From assembly GCA_963806185.1 (NCBI GenBank), contig CAWDXE010000007.1, forward strand, positions 384,001 through 448,000: a stretch of 64,000 bases of DNA, given 5' to 3'. Positions 28,564 through 38,534 of this stretch are shown here, in pieces (within the stretch, counting starts at the first letter, position 1; every line of letters begins with the position of its first letter). Below the pieces are notes generated by a model, which saw only the letters and a program-made list of their open reading frames with translations, was not told where the DNA came from and searched no databases. This DNA comes from an uncultured candidate division Zixibacteria bacterium (GTDB lineage Bacteria; Zixibacteria; MSB-5A5; GN15; FEB-12). A program made the translations under genes and the position numbers.

Positions 28564-29439
28564 ATGATGTCAATGACCGGTTTCGGCAGGGCCGAGATCA
28601 AAAGCACGCTTGGCCGACTAACTGTCGAGATAACAAGCGTTAACAACAGATTTCTGGAAACCAGCGTCAGGCTGCCCCGGCAGTTTGCGTCGCTTGAGGC
28701 ACAGGTCCGCGAATTGACCACCAGCATGGTGGAGCGGGGCAAGGTGACATTATATATAAGTCACGAGATGCCCGACGACGCGGCTGCCAGTTCGCATATT
28801 AATGTTCACGCGGCCAGAAGCTTCACCAAGCAATTACGGCAGCTCAAGAAGGAGCTGAAATTGACCGGCAACGTTTCGTTGACCGATCTGCTGGTTCTGC
28901 CCGACGTGATTAAGCCGGCATCGGAAGAAATCAATCCGGAAGAGGCCTGGCCGCCGCTCAAGGAAGTGGTAACCAAGGCGCTCAAGAATCTGGTGACGAT
29001 GCGCGGTCGCGAAGGGAAGGCGATGGCCAAGGACATGGCCGATCGGCTCGACTCGCTGGACAGCATCGTGAAACAGATTCAGGAGAAGACCATCGGGGCG
29101 GTGGACTACTACCGAGATAAACTAACGAAGCGGATAAACGAATTGATGGAATCGCCGGCGCGGGACTCGGTGCGACTGGAAGAAGAAATCGCGATTTTTG
29201 CGGAGCGGACGGACATTGCCGAAGAGTTGATGCGCTTTGGCAGTCACTGCGAGCAGTATCGCGAAGCGCTGAAGCAGTCGGAAGCGTCGGGCCGAAAGCT
29301 CAATTTCATCCTGCAGGAAATGAATCGCGAGGCGAACACGATCGGTTCGAAGAGTGTGGATTTCGCGATCGCCTCGCTGGTCATATCGTTAAAAGAAGAG
29401 ATCGAACGACTCCGGGAACTCGTCCAGAATGTCGAGTAA
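28564..29439 (+). CDS. yicC: YicC/YloC family endoribonuclease
   Basis: SMTGFGR, SVNNRFLE, GRKLNFILQEMNREANTIGSK and RELVQNVE motifs. Confidence 0.95.
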   Translation: MMSMTGFGRAEIKSTLGRLTVEITSVNNRFLETSVRLPRQFASLEAQVRELTTSMVERGKVTLYISHEMPDDAAASSHINVHAARSFTKQLRQLKKELKLTGNVSLTDLLVLPDVIKPASEEINPEEAWPPLKEVVTKALKNLVTMRGREGKAMAKDMADRLDSLDSIVKQIQEKTIGAVDYYRDKLTKRINELMESPARDSVRLEEEIAIFAERTDIAEELMRFGSHCEQYREALKQSEASGRKLNFILQEMNREANTIGSKSVDFAIASLVISLKEEIERLRELVQNVE

Positions 29440-30088
29440 ACAGCATCGCGCGCCGATTTCCCTGACGCGGCAGAAGGGGATTCTCGTCATTATCTCGTCG
29501 CCGTCGGGCGGCGGGAAAACATCAATTTGCCGTCGCCTTCTTTCCCCCAGGCGCCGTCGAGACGGATGGCAGTTCTCAATATCGTACACGACGCGTCCAC
29601 CGCGCAGCACTGAACGTAACGGACGCGAGTATGTGTTTGTGACGGAGGCGAAGTTTCGCGATTTGGTGAGCGAGAATTTCTTCGCCGAGCACTGTACTGT
29701 TCATTTGTGGCAGTACGGCACGCCACGCAAGCCGCTGGAGCAGGTGCGCAGTCGGGGCGGGGTGATGGTTTTGGATGTGGACGTACAGGGGGCGGGAAAA
29801 CTGTATAAGGAATATCCTGATGCGGCGATGATTTTTATTTTGCCGCCGTCAGCGAATGTCCTTAAAGAGCGCCTTCGCAAGCGGGGGACGGAGCGAGCGG
29901 CTCAGCGGAAGTTGCGGTTGGAGAACGCGCTGTCGGAGATGAGGTCGTTCCGGTCGTACGGATTTAAGTATGTTGTTGTCAATGAGACACTTGAGTCTGC
30001 CGCAGACGAGGTTTTGAGTATTATAACGGCCCATCAGTGCCGGATAGAACAGCTTGATCCGGAACAAATACGAAAGATAACGGGTTAA
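29429..30088 (+). CDS. gmk: Guanylate kinase
   Basis: SSPSGGGKTS, SISYTTRPPR..E.NGREY, YGT and LDVDVQGA motifs. Confidence 0.96.
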   Translation: MSSKQHRAPISLTRQKGILVIISSPSGGGKTSICRRLLSPRRRRDGWQFSISYTTRPPRSTERNGREYVFVTEAKFRDLVSENFFAEHCTVHLWQYGTPRKPLEQVRSRGGVMVLDVDVQGAGKLYKEYPDAAMIFILPPSANVLKERLRKRGTERAAQRKLRLENALSEMRSFRSYGFKYVVVNETLESAADEVLSIITAHQCRIEQLDPEQIRKITG

Positions 30089-30116
30089 CGCGGTTGCCTG
30101 AAGAAAGGATGAACCC

Positions 30117-30347
30117 ATGGGATATTTTCCTCTCGATCCGCTGGATCGTGTGACACGAAATCGGTATGAGGCGGTGATCGTTGCCGCACAGCATGCCCGG
30201 CGGCTTAACGCACAGAGACTGGCGAAGTTACGTCAGTTGGAGGAAGAGGTGCCGACGTTTGATATCGACGGTCGCAAGATGACCGCGGTGGCGCTGCGCG
30301 AGTTGATGGAGGGTAAAGTAAAGGTCAAACGCGCCGATACCGAGTAA
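30117..30347 (+). CDS. rpoZ: RNA polymerase omega subunit
   Basis: NRYEAVIVAAQHARRL...VALRELMEGKV, in the conserved gmk-rpoZ position. Confidence 0.9.
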   Translation: MGYFPLDPLDRVTRNRYEAVIVAAQHARRLNAQRLAKLRQLEEEVPTFDIDGRKMTAVALRELMEGKVKVKRADTE

Positions 30348-30380
30348 CACAATTCACAGACCCATGGCATAGGAAAACAC

Positions 30381-32681
30381 ATGGCCAAAAATCTGGTCGT
30401 AGTCGAGTCGCCCGCAAAATCAAAGACCCTCACACGCTTTTTGGGCAAAGACTACGATGTTTTCTCCACGCTGGGGCATGTCGTTGATCTTCCCAAATCC
30501 AAGCTGGGTGTGGATCCGGAAAACGACTTCACCCCCGAATATATTGTCATCGAAGGCAAGGAAAAGATCCTCAAAGAGCTGAAGGCGGCGGTCAAGAAAG
30601 CCACCACTGTTTTTCTGGCTCCTGACCCTGACCGCGAAGGGGAGGCTATTGCCTGGCACGTGGCTAATTCCCTGAAGGGGACGAAAGCCGAAATCGTGCG
30701 GGTGACGTTTAATGAAATCACCAAGACGGCGGTGACGCACGCCATCGCCAGCCCCCGCAAGATTGATATGAATCTGGTGAACGCGCAGCAGGCGCGGCGA
30801 ATTCTCGACCGCCTGGTGGGGTATATCGTGTCGCCGATTCTGTGGAAGACGGTGGCGCGGAATCTGTCGGCGGGGCGGGTGCAGTCGGTAGCGCTGCGGC
30901 TGGTCTGCGAGCGCGAAGAAGAGATTGCGAATTTTGTTGCCCAGGAATACTGGAATATCGCGGTCGAACTGGCCAACAAGAAGAACGAATCGTTCACGGC
31001 CCAGTTGGTGAAGATCGACGGCAAGACGGTCGTGCGGGCCGGTGAAGAGGGGCCGAAGAAGATGACCATCAGCTCGAAGGCGCAGGCTGATGAGATTCTG
31101 GCCCAGATCAAGAAGGAAAAGTTTGAGGTCGCGGAGCTTCGGGAGACCGAACGAATCCGCAGACCGTCGGCGCCGTTTATCACCTCGACCCTCCAGCAGG
31201 AAGCGGCGAAGGTGTATGGTTTTTCGCCCAGCGTGACGATGTCGATCGCCCAGAAGTTGTACGAAGGGATCGAGGTCGGCAAAGAGGGGGCGACCGGTTT
31301 AATCACCTACATGCGTACCGACTCGACCCGCGTCGCCGACGAGGCGATGAACGCGGTCCGGAAGCATATTAATGATGAATTCGGCAAGAAATACCTGCCG
31401 GGGCATCCGAATCAGTACGGAAAGAAGAAGAACGCGCAGGACGCGCACGAAGCGATCCGTCCGTCGTATGTCGAACTGACGCCGGCGAAGGTGAAAAAGC
31501 ACCTGACGCCGCAGCAGTACAAGCTGTACTCGCTGATCTGGAACCGGTTTGTCGCGTCGCAGATGAACGACGCGAAGTACGCGGTGGAGACGGTCGACAT
31601 CAAGGCGGGTGAGTTCCTTTTCCGGGCATCGGCCCAGCAGCTGGTTTTTGACGGTTTCCTGAAGGTGTATCACGAGGCGAACGAGCAGGATGAAAACGGG
31701 AACGGCTTCAAAGAGGCCGATCATCTTCCGACGCTGACCGAAGGGGAACTGCTCAAGATGCTGGGATTGAACCCGACGCAGTCGTTCACCAAGCCGCCGG
31801 CCAGGTATTCGGAGGCGATGCTGGTGAAACGGTTGGAGTCCGACGGGATCGGGCGGCCGTCGACGTACGCCGCGATTATCACGACACTCAAAGACCGCAA
31901 ATATGTCGAACTGAAAGAGAAGAAGTTATCGCCGACCGAACTGGGTGTGGCGGTGAACAAGATATTGGTCGAGCATTTCCCGAAACTTTTCAATGTGGCG
32001 TTTACGGCCAACATGGAAAAGGAACTTGACCTGGTCGAAGACGGAACGGACGAGTGGGTGAAGGTCGTCAATGATTTTTACCAGCCGTTTATCAAGACGA
32101 TCGAAAAGGTGAAGGGGAAAACCAAGGCGATCAAGAAGCAGTTGACCGAGGTCACCGATATCAAGTGCGAGAAGTGCGGCGAGCCGATGGTGATCAAGTG
32201 GGGGCGCAACGGGCGTTTCCTGGCTTGCTCGGCGTTTCCCAACTGCAAGAGCACGAAGCCGCTTCCGGAAGAAGAGGCGAAGAGCAAGACCGACGAGGTG
32301 TGCGAGAAGTGCGGATCGCCGATGGTGATCAAGTCGGGGCGGTTTGGGCGGTTTATGGCCTGTTCCGGGTATCCGGCGTGCAAGAACACCAAGCCGGTGA
32401 CGCTGGGGGTGGCCTGTCCGAAGCCGGGGTGCGGCGGCAAGGTGCTGGAGAAGCAGACCAAGTCGCGCCGGCCGTTCTATGGGTGTACCAATTATCCGAA
32501 GTGCGACTTTGCGTCGTGGGATAAGCCGGTCGCCAAGGTGTGTCCGATCTGTCAGAGTCCGTATATGCTGCAGAAGGTATCGAAGGCGAAGGGAGATTAC
32601 CTGAAGTGCCCGTCGTGCAAGCATGAGATCGGGGAGCAGAGCGCGCCGACCGAGGAGGTCGTGGAGCCGACGAGTCATTGA
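30381..32681 (+). CDS. topA: DNA topoisomerase I with C-terminal zinc ribbons
   Basis: LVVVESPAK, DPDREGEAIAWH, SAGRVQS and LITYMRTDS motifs, plus several C4 zinc fingers. Confidence 0.98.
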   Translation: MAKNLVVVESPAKSKTLTRFLGKDYDVFSTLGHVVDLPKSKLGVDPENDFTPEYIVIEGKEKILKELKAAVKKATTVFLAPDPDREGEAIAWHVANSLKGTKAEIVRVTFNEITKTAVTHAIASPRKIDMNLVNAQQARRILDRLVGYIVSPILWKTVARNLSAGRVQSVALRLVCEREEEIANFVAQEYWNIAVELANKKNESFTAQLVKIDGKTVVRAGEEGPKKMTISSKAQADEILAQIKKEKFEVAELRETERIRRPSAPFITSTLQQEAAKVYGFSPSVTMSIAQKLYEGIEVGKEGATGLITYMRTDSTRVADEAMNAVRKHINDEFGKKYLPGHPNQYGKKKNAQDAHEAIRPSYVELTPAKVKKHLTPQQYKLYSLIWNRFVASQMNDAKYAVETVDIKAGEFLFRASAQQLVFDGFLKVYHEANEQDENGNGFKEADHLPTLTEGELLKMLGLNPTQSFTKPPARYSEAMLVKRLESDGIGRPSTYAAIITTLKDRKYVELKEKKLSPTELGVAVNKILVEHFPKLFNVAFTANMEKELDLVEDGTDEWVKVVNDFYQPFIKTIEKVKGKTKAIKKQLTEVTDIKCEKCGEPMVIKWGRNGRFLACSAFPNCKSTKPLPEEEAKSKTDEVCEKCGSPMVIKSGRFGRFMACSGYPACKNTKPVTLGVACPKPGCGGKVLEKQTKSRRPFYGCTNYPKCDFASWDKPVAKVCPICQSPYMLQKVSKAKGDYLKCPSCKHEIGEQSAPTEEVVEPTSH

Positions 32682-32707
32682 GTTGACATAGTACATAGTC
32701 GGAAATA

Positions 32708-32747
32708 GAGCCGCCGGTTGATTTGGATTGACCGGCGGTTTTGATTT
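32708..32747 (+). terminator. Terminator after topA
   Basis: GAGCCGCCGGTTGAT-TTGG-ATTGACCGGCGGTTT hairpin with G-U pairs and a T tail. Confidence 0.65.
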
Positions 32748-32783
32748 GGGTAGCGTGGGGGGGGAAATTGGGGTCGATAGGCT

Positions 32784-33224
32784 ATGCGTATTTTCATAGT
32801 TCTCGTTTTGCTCGTTGGATTGTCACTTGCCTGTTCGTCAACCGGTGAACGAACTTCAAAGGAGCTACAGAAGATCGACAAAGTAGTGATGCACTACTTC
32901 TTCTCTTGGTCAGCAGAGACCTATAGGCGACAGATCTGCGATGACCTGCGAGGCAAGTCTGATTCGATAGTTATTCGCGACTCCACTTCGGTTGACCGAT
33001 TGGTCAAGGCCTTTGAAGGTGCCAGGCTTATTCCACGGACGGAATTCGATGGCATCGATGTCCGTATTTGCTGCCAGTATCGCAATTTGGCAGACAGCGT
33101 GATCCACGAGTTGTCATTCGAGTATCCGCCATTGATGGCGGTGGATGGCCGTGTGTACGAGAGGGAGCCGCAACTCTTTGAGCTTGTTGTATCGTTTCTC
33201 CCGACAGGGTATGTTAACAACTGA
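32784..33224 (+). CDS. Hypothetical lipoprotein
   Basis: Signal peptide with lipobox SLAC. Codon usage looks atypical for the window. Confidence 0.7.
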   Translation: MRIFIVLVLLVGLSLACSSTGERTSKELQKIDKVVMHYFFSWSAETYRRQICDDLRGKSDSIVIRDSTSVDRLVKAFEGARLIPRTEFDGIDVRICCQYRNLADSVIHELSFEYPPLMAVDGRVYEREPQLFELVVSFLPTGYVNN

Positions 33225-33344
33225 TTCAGCCGGAGTTGGCTGCGACTTGCGAGAGTCGGTAAAGGCCGTGGGGAATGGGTGAAGGGTTTTGCCCTGTGGG
33301 AGTAAGATTGCCGTGCGAATTTGCGCAGGGAGTGAAGAATAGAG

Positions 33345-34443
33345 CGTCAGGATCGCCCGCTAAGAAGCGGGGATCCTGACCTACAAGAGACCGGACTGAC
33401 GAAGTGAGGGTTCAGTGGGTTGGGTCGGCAAAATATTCGGTGTTGTGCCCAAGGAGGAAAGAGACGGCATTCGTCTCAATCGCGAGCAACCCTTCTGGGA
33501 AGTCGACGGTACTAAGGATGCAGCAGCTGTCTTTCGAGCCCTTCATGATTTACTGCCTGAGGGCTCAATTCTGTATCTCGAGGACGGTTTCCCTGATAAA
33601 TCTATTCGAGCGTTCTTTGATCGTTACGCCATCCCGGAGCAGGCTCATGTCGCCTTGGGCACAATGTGGCGAAGTACTAACAGAATTCATGTGCCAGCTA
33701 CAAGGGAAACTCTGACCGAGCTAGCCACGTTGGCTGAGCATCATGCGGCGCCTGAACTAGCGATTCATTTTCATGTGTATAAGGACGGCAAAATGCTGCT
33801 GGAGTGGTACGACGGGTTCTTTACTGATCCGATGTATCTCGACAGCAGCCTCTCGGAGTCAGCGATCGCGACGTTTGCGAACGCGCTAGGGGTTCAGTAT
33901 CGACGGGTTGAATTGTAGCTCGGGTTATGAGCACTACAAGTGATTGATCTTTGCGCTCATAGCCCGAGCTACTCGAAAAAAGCAGAAAGATTGCCACGGC
34001 TCGAAGCGAGCCTCGCAATGACGGGAACGCGAGTTAGGTGAACATCGAGATGCTGAAGGCCGATAGGAATCGGCTTCAGCATGACAAGTAGAGTGACGAA
34101 GCGAGCCTCGCAATGACGAGAAGGACGAGGGCGAGTGTCTTGATGACGCGTTGTCGGAGAGTTTGACCCATGGATTCTGGCACCTGCGCTCTGGTGCGTT
34201 GCACCTTCGCTTCGGCGCCAGAATGACAATGTATGAGAGTGTTCTTGCTCCTTCTCGCTTCAGGGAGAGGGTTGGGGTGAGGGCCGGGAGACGAGAAGAC
34301 CGTCAGGTCACACGCCGCTAAGAAGCGTCGCAGGACCTGACGGAACATGGGTTGTCGGGTTTCTCCGCGAGCTGATGCTCGCTCCGGAACCCGACCTACA
34401 GAGCTGAAAGATTGCCACGGCTCGAAGCGAGCCTCGCAATGAC
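33345..34443. repeat. Mosaic cluster 1 of REP-like palindromes (GTAG- and CGTC-type), surrounding one hypothetical gene
   Basis: GTCAGGATC...GATCCTGAC-CTAC at 33346-33384. Inverted repeat 33915-33972. Identical 38-bp GAAAGATTGCCACGGCTCGAAGCGAGCCTCGCAATGAC at 33985 and 34406. A 100-bp unit at 34301-34400 is repeated near 38653. Confidence 0.85.
33415..33918 (+). CDS. Hypothetical protein
   Basis: 167-aa ORF with plausible globular composition, flanked by palindromic repeats. Confidence 0.7.
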   Translation: MGWVGKIFGVVPKEERDGIRLNREQPFWEVDGTKDAAAVFRALHDLLPEGSILYLEDGFPDKSIRAFFDRYAIPEQAHVALGTMWRSTNRIHVPATRETLTELATLAEHHAAPELAIHFHVYKDGKMLLEWYDGFFTDPMYLDSSLSESAIATFANALGVQYRRVEL

Positions 34444-34481
34444 GCAACGAGTGTTGACAATTTGAATCGTTGAGGAATAGC

Positions 34482-35396
34482 ATGCTTCGAAAGGCGTTGG
34501 CGGCGTACGAGAAGTATCTGGCGGAGAATCGGCGAAGAGGGGCGCGGACGATCGAGGCGTATCATCGCGATCTCGCGCCATTCGTCGCATTTCTCGAAAA
34601 ACAGTTCGCCGAACATCCGACCATGACACCCAATGATCCGTTAATCCTGCGAATGTACTTGCATCAGCGAGTGCAAGAGAAGGTGGGGAATCGGTCGCTG
34701 GCCAGATTCCTGTCGGCACTCTCGGGATTTCAGAAATATCTCGCCAATGACAAAGCGGCGCAGAAATATCTGTTCGAACTGCCCAAGATCAAGTTTTCGA
34801 AGCGACTGCCGTCGTTTCTGTCCCAGAAAGATGCGATGATGCTTCTCGATGACGCCAAGATGCAGCCGAGGCAGGATCGTTACGCGTTCTGGCGGGATTA
34901 CCTCATGGTGGCGCTCTTATATGTGACCGGCATCCGGCGCGAGGAGTTGGCCGGCATAAAGTTGTCGGACATCGATCTGGGGCGGGGATTGATCACGGTA
35001 ATCGGCAAGGGGAACAAAGAGCGGGTCGTGCCCGTTGGGGAGCAGACGGCGAGCGATATCAGCGAGTATCTGAAAGTGCGCAAGGATCATGTCGAAACGA
35101 CCGGGGCGAAAGCGAATGTGCTGTTGTTGAACCGTCGCGGCGGAGCGCTCACGGTGCGGTCGGTGGACCGGTTGGTAAAAAAGTTCGGGAAAGCGCAGGG
35201 GTTGAATTTTACACCGCACACACTTCGTCATACATTTGCGACACATCTGCTTGAGAATGGGGCGGATTTGTTATTGATTAAGGAAATCCTGGGACATGCG
35301 TCGCTCTCGACCACGCAGAAGTACACGCATGTAACCATAGAATCGATGAAAAAGGCGTATCAGACCGCGCATCCGCGGTCGGGCAGTAAAAAATGA
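34482..35396 (+). CDS. xerC: Tyrosine recombinase XerC
   Basis: [37 protein letters not shown] and [14 protein letters not shown] motifs, adjacent to hslVU. Confidence 0.9.
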   Translation: MLRKALAAYEKYLAENRRRGARTIEAYHRDLAPFVAFLEKQFAEHPTMTPNDPLILRMYLHQRVQEKVGNRSLARFLSALSGFQKYLANDKAAQKYLFELPKIKFSKRLPSFLSQKDAMMLLDDAKMQPRQDRYAFWRDYLMVALLYVTGIRREELAGIKLSDIDLGRGLITVIGKGNKERVVPVGEQTASDISEYLKVRKDHVETTGAKANVLLLNRRGGALTVRSVDRLVKKFGKAQGLNFTPHTLRHTFATHLLENGADLLLIKEILGHASLSTTQKYTHVTIESMKKAYQTAHPRSGSKK

Positions 35397-35938
35397 ACGA
35401 TATGAAAATGCACGCGACGACGATTGTCGGGTTGATTCACAACGGGAAGGCGGCGATAGCAGGCGACGGTCAGATATCGCTGGGGGATACGATTGTGAAA
35501 TCCAAGGCGGTGAAAATCCGAACCCTTCGCAACGGCAAGGTGTTGACCGGGTTTGCCGGGACCGCAGCCGAAGCGCTGGCGCTGTTTGAGTTATTTGAGA
35601 AACGGCTCGACGAGTTCAATGGCAACCTGGCGCGGGCGTCGGTCGAAATGGCCAAGGAGTGGCGAACGGATCGAGGATTGCAGAAGCTCGAAGCGTTGAT
35701 CATTGTGACCGATGGAGAGAAGATTCTGCTGATCAGCGGGACTGGAGACGTGGTCGAGCCGGATGACGGGATAGTGGCGGTGGGGTCGGGGGGATCGTAT
35801 GCGCTGGCGGCGGCGCGGGCGCTCAAATTTGCCAATCCGAGATTGACGGCGGAGAAGATTGCGTCGAAGGCGCTGGAGATAGCGTCGGAAATCTGCGTCT
35901 ACACAAACAATAACATCACGGTGGAATCGATTAAATGA
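35393..35938 (+). CDS. hslV: ATP-dependent protease subunit HslV
   Basis: HATTIV, AGDGQ, GFAG, GSGGSYA and ICVYTN motifs. Confidence 0.97.
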   Translation: MNDMKMHATTIVGLIHNGKAAIAGDGQISLGDTIVKSKAVKIRTLRNGKVLTGFAGTAAEALALFELFEKRLDEFNGNLARASVEMAKEWRTDRGLQKLEALIIVTDGEKILLISGTGDVVEPDDGIVAVGSGGSYALAAARALKFANPRLTAEKIASKALEIASEICVYTNNNITVESIK

Positions 35939-37284
35939 ACACGAACGGGCACCTGACACCGAAGGAAATAGTCGAGCATCTGGACAAGCATATCATCGGG
36001 CAGGGCGATGCAAAGAAGGCGGTGGCGATAGCGTTGCGCAACCGGTGGCGGCGGCAGCAAGTGCCGGATGACCTTCGCAGTGAGATCATGCCGAACAATA
36101 TCATCATGATCGGTCCGACCGGAGTAGGGAAGACGGAAATCGCGCGGCGGCTGGCTGATCTGGCGGGGGCGCCGTTTCTGAAGGTGGAAGCCTCTAAATT
36201 CACCGAAGTCGGGTATGTGGGGCGGGATGTCGATTCGATGGTGCGCGACCTGGTGGATATCGGCGTGAACATGGTCAAAGAAGAGCAGGCGGAGATCCAC
36301 GAGAAGCGGGCGCAGCAGTTGGCGACTGAGCGGCTGATTGATCTGGTGTTCAAAACGAAACATGTGGAAGAGACAATCGGGTTTGGACTGACGGAAGGGA
36401 AGCCGACGAGCGAGGATCGGTCGGCGCTTCGCCAGATGGTCAAAGAGGGGAAACTGGACGACGAGATAGTCGAGATCGAGGCGCCGCAGACGCAATTCCC
36501 GGTACTGGAGATCTTTTCGCCGATGGGGATGGAAGAACTGGGCGTGAATTTCCAGGAAGTGTTTTCCGGGCTGATGCCGAAGAAGACGAAGAAGCGGAAG
36601 ATGACGGTGAAGGAGGCGCGCAAGTTCATCATCGGAGAAGAAATCACCAAGCTGGTCAACATGGATGAGGTAATTGGGGAGGCGCTGGAACGGGTGCAGG
36701 AAGTCGGGATCGTGTTTATCGACGAGATTGATAAGATCGTGGGCGACCACAGTAAAGTGGGTCCGGATGTGTCGCGCGAGGGGGTGCAGAGGGATATTCT
36801 TCCGATCATCGAGGGGTCGGGGGTGATGACCAAGTACGGAATGGTGTACACCGACCATGTGCTGTTTATCGCGGCGGGGGCGTTTCACAACGCGCGGCCG
36901 TCGGATCTGATTCCGGAACTTCAGGGGAGATTTCCGATCCGGGTGGAATTGAATTCACTGACGGCGGAGGATTTCGCAAGGATTCTGGTCGAGCCGAAGT
37001 CGGCACTGGTGAAGCAGTATATCGCGCTGATGGCGACGGAGGGGGTGACGATGGAGTTTACCCCGGAGGCAATCAATAGAATAGCCGCCCTCGCCGAGCA
37101 AGTGAACTCCGAGACGGAAAATATCGGGGCGCGGCGCTTGCATACGATTATGACGCGGCTGCTCGAGGAATACATGTTCGAGCCGCCGGTGAAAAAGAAG
37201 AAGTTGACGATCACGGCGGCGCTGGTGGATAAGCGGCTGCACGGGATCATCGAGAACGAAGATTTGAGTCGTTACATATTGTAG
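35935..37284 (+). CDS. hslU: ATP-dependent protease ATPase subunit HslU
   Basis: [32 protein letters not shown] and DLSRYIL C-terminus. Confidence 0.98.
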   Translation: MNTNGHLTPKEIVEHLDKHIIGQGDAKKAVAIALRNRWRRQQVPDDLRSEIMPNNIIMIGPTGVGKTEIARRLADLAGAPFLKVEASKFTEVGYVGRDVDSMVRDLVDIGVNMVKEEQAEIHEKRAQQLATERLIDLVFKTKHVEETIGFGLTEGKPTSEDRSALRQMVKEGKLDDEIVEIEAPQTQFPVLEIFSPMGMEELGVNFQEVFSGLMPKKTKKRKMTVKEARKFIIGEEITKLVNMDEVIGEALERVQEVGIVFIDEIDKIVGDHSKVGPDVSREGVQRDILPIIEGSGVMTKYGMVYTDHVLFIAAGAFHNARPSDLIPELQGRFPIRVELNSLTAEDFARILVEPKSALVKQYIALMATEGVTMEFTPEAINRIAALAEQVNSETENIGARRLHTIMTRLLEEYMFEPPVKKKKLTITAALVDKRLHGIIENEDLSRYIL

Positions 37285-38072
37285 GTGATGGAATCGGCGC
37301 GAGTGAATGAAGTGCGGGAAGGTACTCGATCCGCGGGAAGTCCCCGATCCCAGGGACAAGCTCATGCATATCTTCACGATGCGACCGTAAGAATCACGAG
37401 TTCTATGATTTACGTGGCCCGGATTGATTTTAGAGATGGCGTATTTCTTGCGGATATACTAGCCGCTCGTGCATTTAATTTCCTCCGATTATGTCGTTGA
37501 CGGAGAAGGCCGGCGAGTTCATCACCCTGTTCACATTCATGATGAGTTTGAATCTGTCAGCCTCGATAGCGCATCAGTCACCGTGAGGGAGCGAGCCTCA
37601 GATGGACCCGGCGGGGTTCATATCATTCCGTACTGACAGGGGTCCCTGCTTGCGGCATCGGCTCGTTGTTCGGGAATAGCAGGGTTTATTACTGGATATT
37701 GTGCTTTGCTTGCCGAAGAACTTCAGAGCACTCATAAGTCGCGCTGAATCGAAGAATCAAAGGGGACTGGCAGAATCCCTCGTTGACACCGTAGCAGTAT
37801 GGAGTGTGGCATCTTCTCAATTGTGACTAGGTGGTCGGATATCGTCACCTGAGGGATGAGGATCGAATTTCGAGCGGTAATGCCCTTCGTCCAGTTACAC
37901 ATTGACAAGGAAAATCGACGACAGGCAGTCTTGCCGCCTGAGATCGCTTCTGGAAGAGGGCCGGGCGGTGGTCGTGATCGTGGTTTCCTGGGTTCATAAT
38001 CTGCAGTGCTTAGTGGTATCGGTTATCGGTATTTGGAAGATCATCAGTTGGTTTCGAGAGCACTGACAGGCT

Positions 38073-38156
38073 AAGAAGGTTGACGATCCGGCGGATGGTG
38101 GCAAGCGGCTGCACGGGATCACTGAAAACGAAGATTTGAGTCGTTACATATTGTAG
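38073..38156 (+). repeat. Diverged duplicate of the hslU 3' end
   Basis: 38103-38156 matches 37231-37284 at 51/54. Gapped similarity extends upstream to about 38073/37198. Confidence 0.92.
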
Positions 38157-38184
38157 TATCGCTCCGTTAGAGTGTGGCTGAATG

Positions 38185-38218
38185 ACCGTCGGGTTTTGTA
38201 CCCAGCGGTTTTTTTATT
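38185..38218 (+). terminator. Intrinsic terminator after the duplicated hslU end
   Basis: Imperfect hairpin ACCGTCGGGT-TTTGT-ACCCAGCGGT followed by a T run. Confidence 0.7.
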
Positions 38219-38534
38219 ATCCGGCAGGACGGCCACGGTTCGCCTAGAACGTGGCCGTACCTGTCGGACCGAGCATTGGGCCGGCCCAGGAGGGACGGGT
38301 GGGGGGAGACAATTCAAGCGCTTGAAACAATGGTGTCTCTACAAAAGGGCCCCGATTCCGCATTTTGTAGCGAGTTGGTAGTACGCGTGTGCACGAGTCT
38401 GCAATGATCACATGAGTGGTGTTCAATGGGATGAGAAGAAAGTGTGCAAGGGAGTGGTGAAAATGGGGGGTGGAAAAGATGTTTGAAAACGGTGGGGTTG
38501 CGCAGGGGACGTGGGCCAGACATTGGAATTGCCT

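Noticed and set aside
34482..35396. Tyrosine recombinase as an integron or phage integrase mobilising the adjacent orphans
   Set aside because: Size, motifs and the position before hslVU fit housekeeping XerC. No IntI-specific insertion or clear attC (RYYYAAC...GTTRRRY) was seen.
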